NCBI GenBank assembly: GCA_016209025.1
Contig: JACQWW010000079.1
Span: 1 to 41,749, forward strand
Source of the DNA: Elusimicrobiota bacterium
Lineage (GTDB): Bacteria > Elusimicrobiota > Elusimicrobia > JACQPE01
Length of the DNA stretch: 41,749 bases
Direction: 5' to 3'
In this document: positions 1-8,100 of the stretch, one piece after another
How positions within the stretch are numbered: position 1 is the stretch's first letter
How the letters are laid out: every line of letters starts with the position of its first letter
The notes under the pieces: generated by a model
What the model was told of the DNA's origin: nothing
Databases searched by the model: none
Seen by the model: the letters and a program-made list of their open reading frames with translations, nothing else
Position numbers and translations under genes: made by a program

Positions 1-95
1 AAGAATGATCCGGCGAGTTACTGGCGGTTGCAAGGTGAAGTCGTCCGTCAAAAGCGGCCGAAATAACCGAAGCGAAAGCGAGTCCGAATAGGGCG
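1..95 (+). repeat. Direct repeat copy 1 of a 95-nt 23S rRNA segment (identical to 262-356)
   Basis: 'aagaatgatccggcgagttactggcggttgcaaggtgaagtcgtccgtcaaaagcggccgaaataaccgaagcgaaagcgagtccgaatagggcg' occurs at 1-95 and again, base for base, at 262-356. Confidence 0.9.
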
Positions 96-99
96 TAAA

Positions 100-238
100 C
101 CGGCTCGCGAACCGCGTTCACGAACCGGAAGTCTGAAGCGCGAAGTGTGAAGTCTAAATATAAAAAAGAATTTTTTTATTTAAGACTTCTAACTTCAGAC
201 TTCAAGCTTCCGGCCGGCGAACGGAGTTCGCGGGCCGG
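100..238 (+). repeat. rRNA insertion element E1 (IVS-like). Its 3' boundary abuts the 3' strand of helix 25
   Basis: GC-rich mini-hairpin 'ccggctcgcgaac cgc gttcacgaaccgg', then a heptamer hairpin 'gaagtct gaagcgc gaagtgt gaagtct' / A+T loop / 'agacttc taacttc agacttc aagcttc', then a second mini-hairpin 'ccggccggcgaac gga gttcgcgggccgg'. Confidence 0.8.
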
Positions 239-261
239 AATGCCTGAGAGCGTGCCTGTTG

Positions 262-356
262 AAGAATGATCCGGCGAGTTACTGGCGGTTGCAAGGTGAA
301 GTCGTCCGTCAAAAGCGGCCGAAATAACCGAAGCGAAAGCGAGTCCGAATAGGGCG
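262..356 (+). repeat. Direct repeat copy 2 of the 95-nt 23S rRNA segment (this copy is collinear with the rest of the 23S)
   Basis: Identical to 1-95. It continues into 'attaagtagccgttagtagacccgaag...', which matches the expected 23S order. Confidence 0.9.
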
Positions 357-748
357 ATTAAGTAGCCGTTAGTAGACCCGAAGCCAGTCGATCTAGCCCT
401 GGACAGGGTGAAGTCCCGCGAAAGCGGGATGGAGGCCCGAAGCGTTATGCGTTGAAAAGCATCTGCATGAGCTGGGGCTAGGAGTGAAAGGCTAATCGAG
501 GCTGGTGATAGCTGGTTCTCCCCGAAATAGTTTTAGGGCTAGCCTGGAAACTTAACCGCAGGGGGTAGAGCACTGGATAGTGTAGGGGGTGCAACCCACC
601 TTCCGAATCTAACCAAACTCCGAATACCTGCGCGCATGTTTCCGGAGTCAGTGCTTGGGGGCAAGCTTCAAGCGCAAAAGGGGAATAGCCCAGACCACCG
701 ATTAAGGTCCCTAAGTGTATTCTAAGTGGCAAAGGATGTGAATTCGCC

Positions 749-786
<38 letters not shown>

Positions 787-873
787 TAAAGAGTGCGTAA
801 CAGCTCACTGGTCAAGCGAGTTTGCGCCAAAAATGACTCGGGGCTAAGAATACCACCGAAATCGTGGCTGATC

Positions 874-1008
874 CGGTCGTGAACCGAGTTCGCGAGCCGG
901 AAGTCTGAAGCGCGAAGTATGAAGTCTAAAAATAACAAAGAATTTTTTTTATTTCAGACTTCTAACTTCAGACTTCAAGCTTCCGATCGTGGACTTCGTT
1001 CACGATCG
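874..1008 (+). repeat. rRNA insertion element E2 (IVS-like) at the tip of helix 45
   Basis: It sits between 'caccgaaatcgtggctgatc' and 'ggtcggggtaggggagcg' (E. coli 'CACCGAAGCUGCGGCAGCGACGC..UUGGGUAGGGGAGCG'). The core 'ccggaagtctgaagcgcgaagtatgaagtct...agacttctaacttcagacttcaagcttcc' is nearly identical to E1 and E3. Confidence 0.85.
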
Positions 1009-1557
1009 GGTCGGGGTAGGGGAGCGTTGTCAAAACACTGAAGGAGTACCGTAAGGAGCTCTGGAGATTTGACAAGTGAGGATGTCGGAATAAGTAGCGA
1101 TAACGTGGGTGAGAATCCCACGCGCCGTAAGCCTAAGGTTTCCTTGAGCAACGTTCGTCGGCTCAGGGTTAGTCGGTCCTAAGCCGAGGCCGAAAGGCGT
1201 AGGTGAAGGGCATCCGGTTAATATTCCGGAACCGCGGCAATTGCGTTATCAGCCAAGGGGGGACGCAGAAGGGTAGATCGGCCAGGTATTGGTTGTCCTG
1301 GTTTAAGGTCGTAGATAGGCCTTGCAGGAAAATCCGCAAGGCTGTTTGACTCGAAAGCCGAACACGACCCCGCCGTAAGGTGGGGGAAGCGATTCAACCA
1401 TGCTGCCCAGAAAATCCTCGTGGCGAGTAGTTGGCGCGTCCGTACCGTAAACCGACACAGGTAGGCTGGTAGAAGATACTAAGGCGCGCGAGCGAACCTC
1501 CGTTAAGGAACTAGGCAAAATAGCCCCGTAACTTCGGAAGAAGGGGTACCTTAAGTA

Positions 1558-1696
1558 CCGGTTCGCGAACCGCGTTCACGAACCGGAAGTCTGAAGCGCG
1601 AAGTATGAAGTCTGAAAATAAAAAAGAATTTTTTTATTTCAGGCTTCTAACTTCAGACTTCAAGCTTCCGGCCAGCGAACGGAGTTCGCGGGCCGG
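1558..1696 (+). repeat. rRNA insertion element E3 (IVS-like) in the helix 63 region (E. coli ~1710-1750 equivalent)
   Basis: It sits between 'cttcggaagaaggggtaccttaagta' and 'gaaaggggtcgcagtgaaagggcttccgcgactgtttaacagaaacacag'. It has the same three-hairpin layout as E1 ('ccggttcgcgaac cgc gttcacgaaccgg' ... 'ccggccagcgaac gga gttcgcgggccgg'). Confidence 0.8.
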
Positions 1697-1851
1697 GAAA
1701 GGGGTCGCAGTGAAAGGGCTTCCGCGACTGTTTAACAGAAACACAGGGCTCTGCTTAAATCACAAGATGATGTATAGGGCCTGACGCTTGCCCGGTGCTG
1801 GAAGGTCACGGGGAGGGGTCATTTCGCCGCAAGGCGGGAGAAGCTCCGAAC

Positions 1852-1916
<65 letters not shown>

Positions 1917-2197
1917 GAGTTCCGACCTGCATGAATAGCGTAACGAAGGAAGCGCTGTCTCGACGGAGGGCTCGGCGAAATTGAGCTGTCAGTGAAGACG
2001 CTGACTACCCGCTGCTAGACGGAAAGACCCCGTGCAGCTTTACTGTATCCTGATATGGGATTACGGTTTAAGATGCGTAGGATAGGTGGGAGGCGATGAA
2101 GCTGGGCTTTTGGGCCCGGCAGAGCCAACGGTGAAATACCGCCCTTCTTGGACTGTGGTTCTAACTTGGACCCGTGAATCCGGGACGAGGACAGTGT

Positions 2198-2264
<67 letters not shown>

Positions 2265-2352
2265 ACGCGAATAGAAATCGCGTGTTGAGCGCAAGGGCAT
2301 AAGGGAGCTTGACAGTGAGCGCGACGGCGCGAACTGGTGCGAAAGCATGGCC

Positions 2353-2388
<36 letters not shown>

Positions 2389-2454
2389 ACAACGGATAAA
2401 AGCTACGCCGGGGATAACAGGCTGATCGGGCCTGAGAGTTCACATCGACGGCCC

Positions 2455-2512
<58 letters not shown>

Positions 2513-2898
2513 CCGGCTGTTCGCCGGTTAAAGTGGTACGTGAGCTGGGTTCAGTACGTCGTGAGACAGTACGGTCCCTATCTGCAGTGGGCGCAGGAAC
2601 CTTGAGGGGAGCCGACCATAGTACGAGAGGACCTGGTTGGACGAACCTCCCGTGTACCAGTTATCCCGCCAGGGGTACAAGCTGGGTAGCGGTGTTCGGA
2701 TCGGATAACCGCTGAAAGCATCTAAGTGGGAAACCGGCCCCAAGATAAAGGTTCCCGTCCTATGTCGAAAGGCATAGGGCCTGAAGGCCACCCGTAGACC
2801 ACGGGTTTGATAGGGCGCTGGTGGAAGCGGAGCAATCCGTGCAGCCAAGCGCTACTAATCGGCCGTGAGGCTTGGCCATATCATTCGATCGTTATTAA

Positions 2899-2980
2899 AA
2901 GTCTGAAGCGCGAAGTCTGAAGTCTGAATAAAAAAATTCATCTTTTTCAGACTTCAAGCTTCAGACTTAAAACTTCAGAA
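2899..2980 (+). repeat. Truncated E-type heptamer hairpin (E4) in the 23S-5S spacer, lacking the GC-rich flanking mini-hairpins
   Basis: 'aagtctgaagcgcgaagtctgaagtctgaataaaaaaattcatctttttcagacttcaagcttcagacttaaaacttcagaa'. Confidence 0.8.
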
Positions 2981-3000
2981 ATTCCCGATGGGAATTTCTG
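2976..3000 (+). other. Perfect 11-bp hairpin just upstream of 5S rRNA (possible processing stem)
   Basis: 'cagaaattccc gat gggaatttctg'; the two arms are exact reverse complements. Confidence 0.6.
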
Positions 3001-3010
3001 GTTAGATTTT

Positions 3011-3126
3011 CCGGTGGTTTTGCCGGCGGAGCAACACCCGTTCCCATTTCGAACACGGAAGTGAAACCCGCCAGGGCCGATGGTACTTGCCGCCGATTCG
3101 CGGCCGGGAGAGTAGGTCGCCGCCGG
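3011..3126 (+). rRNA. rrf: 5S rRNA
   Basis: 'ccggtggttttgccggcggagcaacacccgttcccatttcgaacacggaagtgaaacccgccagggccgatggtacttgcc...gggagagtaggtcgccgccgg'. It has the typical 5S core ('ccc.ttcccatttcgaacacggaagt.aa', 'gggagagtaggtcgc') and paired termini ccggtgg/ccgccgg. Confidence 0.92.
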
Positions 3127-3161
3127 ATTTGATTTGAGAGCGTTTATTAGTAATTTAAAGA

Positions 3162-3950
3162 ATGAAAAAGAGAGAGGTATTTTTTTGTCTTTTGACGACG
3201 CTGATGACGGCAAAACAGGCAAGAACTGAAACAGCCGGCGCTGTTAAAGCCGGCCGGGCCTGGGCATTCCAGGTGGGGTATTCTTTTGCCGAAGAAAAGC
3301 CTGCTTTTGAACTGGAAGCTCCGGTCAGAGTGACGGCGCCTGGAGGGGCGAGCTATTTAAGCTCAGCCTCCGGCGACATCAATCTGGAGGCCGAAGGCGA
3401 ACATCTGACTTTGACCGTTTTTTTTCCGCGCACGGATTATTTCGGCTGGGACATGCAGGCAGGAACATCAAATTACCGGGTTTGGATACCGTCGGGACCG
3501 GCCGCCAATCAGTTGGCGGCCGGCCGCGGCTACAGCGTCGGCGCCGGGCTTAACATTGAAATCGTGCGCAAAACACCCGTCACCCCGCGGGTATACTCGC
3601 GCCTTGCCTGGAAAACGACAGCGACCAGGCCGGATCGCATTTACTTCGGCGGGGAAAACCGCTGGGAGAGCGTTGAAGACCGGATGGATATTTCGAAAGT
3701 TTCCCTGGGTTTCGGGACACAGTCATCCGTGTTCGGCGGACGCGTTGAGCCGGCCGCTGCTTTCGAGGTGTTTGATAAAAGGATAAAGCTGCGCGACCTT
3801 AAAGAGGGTCATGAAGCGGCGGGCGCGCGCCGGGGCTGGCGGTTTTCGACAGGCGCTGCCTGGCGGCTGTCGCCGGTCGAATCGGTCGGCGCCGAATTGT
3901 CGCTTCGCGATGAACAGGGCTGGCGGTTCGCTTTGGAACAGAGGTTTTAA
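3162..3950 (+). CDS. Hypothetical secreted protein, possible outer-membrane beta-barrel
   Basis: 262-aa ORF with an N-terminal signal-like segment 'MKKREVFFCLLTTLMTAKQA', alternating hydrophobic/polar stretches and a C-terminus '...GWRFALEQRF' ending in Phe. Its TAA stop overlaps the rplJ ATG by 1 nt. I recognise no family. Confidence 0.55.
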   Translation: MKKREVFFCLLTTLMTAKQARTETAGAVKAGRAWAFQVGYSFAEEKPAFELEAPVRVTAPGGASYLSSASGDINLEAEGEHLTLTVFFPRTDYFGWDMQAGTSNYRVWIPSGPAANQLAAGRGYSVGAGLNIEIVRKTPVTPRVYSRLAWKTTATRPDRIYFGGENRWESVEDRMDISKVSLGFGTQSSVFGGRVEPAAAFEVFDKRIKLRDLKEGHEAAGARRGWRFSTGAAWRLSPVESVGAELSLRDEQGWRFALEQRF

Positions 3951-4483
3951 TGAATGAACAAGAAAAAAAGCTGGCTTTGGAAGAGCTGGCCGCGGTTTTG
4001 AGCAAATCGCCGATCAGTCTTTTCGCTTCATTCAAAGGGGTGACAACTCCGGAACTTTTTGAAGCGAAGAAAAAAATCAAGAAAGAAAACGCTAAATTCT
4101 GCGTCATTAAGAAATCGCTTTTGGAAAAAGCCTTCCAGAATATCGGCCTTGAAATCAGCGGTGAACAATTTTGGAAAGGCGAGGTGGCCGCCATGACGTG
4201 CTCAAATGGCGACCCGTCCCGCCTGGCCAAACTGCTGGCTCAGTGGGCCGAGCAAAATAAAAATATTGTCATTAAAGGCGGCGTAATATTATCCGGAAAA
4301 AAATGGCTTGACCGCGCCTCGGTCGAGCGGTTGGCCAAGCTCCCCTGCGCCAAGGAGCTTCAGGCCCAGCTGGTCGGCGGTTTGGCCGCTCCCATGGCGC
4401 ATCTGGCCGGCGTTTTAAATGCCACCCTGGTCCGGTTTCTGCTGGTTTTGAAGGCAGTTGAAGCAAACAAAAAAGAATATTGA
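3950..4483 (+). CDS. rplJ: 50S ribosomal protein L10
   Basis: 177 aa directly upstream of rplL, with L10-like length and a C-terminal helix '...AKELQAQLVGGLAAPMAHLAGVLNATLVRFLLVLKAV'. Confidence 0.85.
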   Translation: MNEQEKKLALEELAAVLSKSPISLFASFKGVTTPELFEAKKKIKKENAKFCVIKKSLLEKAFQNIGLEISGEQFWKGEVAAMTCSNGDPSRLAKLLAQWAEQNKNIVIKGGVILSGKKWLDRASVERLAKLPCAKELQAQLVGGLAAPMAHLAGVLNATLVRFLLVLKAVEANKKEY

Positions 4484-4555
4484 ATATGGAATGTTGAATA
4501 TTGGAAGGAAAAAAGAAAATTTTTCCCAATATTCTACATTCAATATTCTATATTC
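4475..4555 (+). repeat. Family A heptamer hairpin A1 (rplJ | rplL gap)
   Basis: 'gaatatt gaatatg gaatgtt gaatatt gg' - loop - 'cc aatattc tacattc aatattc tatattc'. The rplJ TGA stop (4481-4483) lies inside unit 1/2. Confidence 0.9.
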
Positions 4556-4579
4556 TCGCAATTTAAGGAGGTATCTGAA

Positions 4580-4975
4580 ATGCCCGTAGCGACGAAAGAG
4601 GAAATTACCGAGGCCATCTCAAAGCTGACGGTGCTTGATTTGGCGGACTTAGTCAAAATGCTGGAGGACAAATTCGGGGTCAAGGCTGTGGCGGCCGCGG
4701 CGCCGGCCGGCGCCGGACCTGCCGCCGGAGCGCCGGCTTCAGCCGTTCCGGTTGCCGAAGAAAAAACGGAATTCAGCGTGGTCCTGCAATCGGTCGGCGC
4801 CAATAAAATTCCGGTCATCAAGCTGGTCAGGGAAATAACGGGCCTGGGACTCAAGGAATCCAAAGACTTGGTTGAAGGCGCGCCAAAAACCGTCAAAGAA
4901 GGCCTTCCTAAAGCGCAGGCTGAAGAGTTGAGAAAGAAATTGACCGATGCCGGGGCCTCGGCGGAACTGAAATAA
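4580..4975 (+). CDS. rplL: 50S ribosomal protein L7/L12
   Basis: '...[19 protein letters not shown]', an Ala/Pro hinge, then '[67 protein letters not shown]'. SD 'aaggagg' lies upstream. Confidence 0.97.
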   Translation: MPVATKEEITEAISKLTVLDLADLVKMLEDKFGVKAVAAAAPAGAGPAAGAPASAVPVAEEKTEFSVVLQSVGANKIPVIKLVREITGLGLKESKDLVEGAPKTVKEGLPKAQAEELRKKLTDAGASAELK

Positions 4976-5006
4976 AAATTTTGCCGAACTTCGTTTGCAA
5001 AATTTT
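4975..5006 (+). repeat. AAAATTTT-stem hairpin F1, immediately after the rplL stop
   Basis: 'aaaattttgc cgaacttcgttt gcaaaatttt' (10-bp perfect stem). No downstream T-tract. Confidence 0.8.
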
Positions 5007-5015
5007 CACAAAAAT

Positions 5016-5058
5016 GTCCGACGGGTCCGACAGGTCTGACATGTCGGACGGGTCTGAC
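5016..5058 (+). repeat. Family B 9-mer array B1, GTCNGACNN x5 (rplL | rpoB gap)
   Basis: 'gtccgacgg gtccgacag gtctgacat gtcggacgg gtctgac'. Confidence 0.9.
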
Positions 5059-5102
5059 GCATTCGCGCTTTCGGGCGCTTTCCGATCTCATGGAGGAATT
5101 TA

Positions 5103-8100
5103 ATGGCCGTTAAAATCAAGCAGATGCTTTTTGAGAAAGCGCCTGTTTATCTCAAAGCTCCCGATCTTCTGGAACTGCAGAAAAATTCCTACGCCAACTT
5201 CCTGCAGAAAGATGTTCCCGGCGAGGCGCGCAAACTTCAGGGGCTTCAAGCCGCCTTTGTGGACCTTTTCCCCATCTCAAACGAGGATGAATCGCTTCTG
5301 CTTGAGTTTATGAATTATTCCGTGGGCGAGTCCCGTTTCTCGGACGCCGGGGAAGCTAAATTTTTCGACAAGTCCTATACGGTTCCCATCAGGGCGAATT
5401 TAAGGCTGATCCACCGCCAGACCTCCGGCAAGGTGAAAGTCATTTCCGAGCAGGAGGTCTTTTTGTGCGACCTGCCTTATATGACCGACGGCGCCTCTTT
5501 CATGATCAACGGCGCCGAGCGGGTCATCGTCAGCCAGCTTCATCGTTCCCCGGGCATTTTCTTCGAAGAAGACGAAGAAAAAAAGGTTTCGCGGTTCGGC
5601 AAGAAGCTTTTTATCGGCCGCGTCATTCCTTACCGGGGCGGCTGGATTGATTTTGAGTTCGATCTCAACAACGTTCTTTTTGCCCGCATTGACAAGCGCC
5701 GGAAGTTTCCTGCCACGGCTCTTTTGCGCGCCTGCGGCCTTGAGACGGACGAAGACATCATCAAGTTTTTTTATACCGTCAAGAATTATCCCATTTCCGC
5801 CGAGCTGCCGGCCGATCAATACGCCGGCCGGATTCTGGCGGCCGACGCCGTTGACTCTGATTCGGGCGAAGTGATTATTGAGGCGGGCCAGCGCCTGGCC
5901 AAGGACGTGCTCGCCAAAATCCAAAAGACCAAAATCAAGGAATTGGCTTTGATCGAATGGGACGAAAAAACGTCCAACGTGACGATTTTAGAGACCCTTA
6001 AAAAAGATCAGCTCAAGTCCCGCAAGGATACCCTCCATTTCCTTTATAAATACATCCGCGGCCAGGAATTCGTCATCCAGCAGCAGGCCGAAGAGTTGAT
6101 GGATAACATGTTTTTCAGCAAAAAATCAAAGCGTTATGACCTGACCCATGTGGGCCGCTACAAGATCATGAAAAAGTTCGGGCTCTTATACGAGTATTTG
6201 GAGTCCCGCAAGCAATGGAGCTTTAAAGCTCCGCCGGCCTCGCGCCGGGAATTGGCGCCCGAAGACATTATCGCCGCGATCATTTACCTGACCTTGTTAA
6301 ACGACGACCGCGAGCGGTGGGAATTTAAAGACCGGACCCTTCTTGTCGGAGTAGATGACATTGATCATCTCGGCAACCGCCGGGTGCGGGCCGTAGGGGA
6401 ACTTTTGGAAAATCAATTCCGCCTGGCTTTGACCCAGATGTCGAGAGTCATCAGGGAGCGCATGGTCCAAGCCCAGGAAAAAAGCGAACTGACCCCCCGC
6501 CAGCTCATCAACGCCTCTGTTTTGAACGGAATCTTAAGGAACTTTTTCGGAAGCTCCCAGCTTTCTCAATTCATGGACCAGATCAATCCCTTGGCGGAGC
6601 TGACCCACAAGCGCCGGCTTTCCGCCTTGGGCCCCGGCGGGCTTCAGAGAAAGCACGCCGGCTTCGAGGTCCGCGACGTGCACCATACCCACTACGGCCG
6701 CATCTGCCCCATCGAAACGCCGGAGGGTCCCAATATCGGCCTTATCACTTCCTTGGCGTTTTATGCCAGGGTCAACGAACTTGGTTTGATCGAGACGCCT
6801 TACCGCAAGGTGGAGAAAGGCCGGGCCACCGGCGAAGTCATCTATTTGACGGCCGACGAGGAAGACGAGGCTGTCATCGCCCAAGCCAACACCATGGTTG
6901 ATGAGAAGGGCAATTTGCTCGGGGACCTGGCATCGTGCCGTTATCGCGGCGATTTTCCCATGGCGGAACCAAAAAATGTCCAATATATGGATATTTCACC
7001 GACCCAGGTTTTTTCGGTGTCAACCGCTCTTTTGCCCTTTTTGGAACACGACGACGCCAACCGCGCCCTTATGGGATCGAACATGCAGCGCCAGGGTGTG
7101 CCGCTGCTTGACCCGGAAAATCCTTTGGTGGCGACCGGCGTTGAGACCAACATCGCCAAGGATTCTCAGGCGGCAATTGTGGCCAAGCGCGCCGGCCGCG
7201 CGGTTTATGTGGACGGCGAACAGATCATCATCCATACCGATGACGCCAAATCGCCGCTTGATGTCTATAAGTTCACGAAATACGAACGGTCCAACCAGGA
7301 TACGGCCGTTGATTACCATCCCATCGTGGCCCACGGCGACCGGGTGGCTTCGGGCGATCCGATCGCCGACGGTCAGTCAACAGCCAAAGGCCAGCTGGCC
7401 TTGGGCAAGAATGTTCTGGTCGCCTTTATGCCCTGGGAGGGTTATAATTTCGAAGACGCTATTTTGGTTTCGGAGCGCCTGGTCAGAGACGACGTTTTCA
7501 AATCCTTTCATATTCAGGAGTTCGAGGTCGAGGCCAGAGAAACCAAGCTCGGCCCGGAGGAGATAACCAGGGACATCCCCAATGTTTCCGCCGAAGCCCT
7601 GGCCCATCTTGATGAGCAGGGCATCGCCGTCGTGGGCACCGAGGTCAGCCATGGGGATATTCTGGTCGGCCGGGTCATTCCCAGGGGCGAAGAGCATTTG
7701 ACGCCCGAGGAGAAGCTCTTGCGCGTGATTTTCGGCAAGAAGGCGGAGGATGTCCAGGACGCCTCCCTGAGAGTTCCGCCGGGCGTGGCCGGCAAGGTCA
7801 TCAAGGTTCAGGTTTTCGTCAGAAAGGAAATCCTCGCCGCCAAGGAAAAGGAGCGATGGAGGCGCGATCTCGACGACCGGGTTCAGGAGGATTTGAAGTT
7901 TATCGAGTCTTTCAAAGACTCGTCCCTTAAGGAACTTGAGGAAAAGAAGAAACAAGGCGCGGTTTCCTCCGAGCAATACCGCCAGGAAAAGCAAGCCGTT
8001 GAGCTTGTGGCCGACAAAAGCAAGCAGGACATTCATGGTTATCGCGACCGGGAACGCGAGAGAATCAAGGCGGGCGACGAGGTGGCGGTCACCGTCAACC

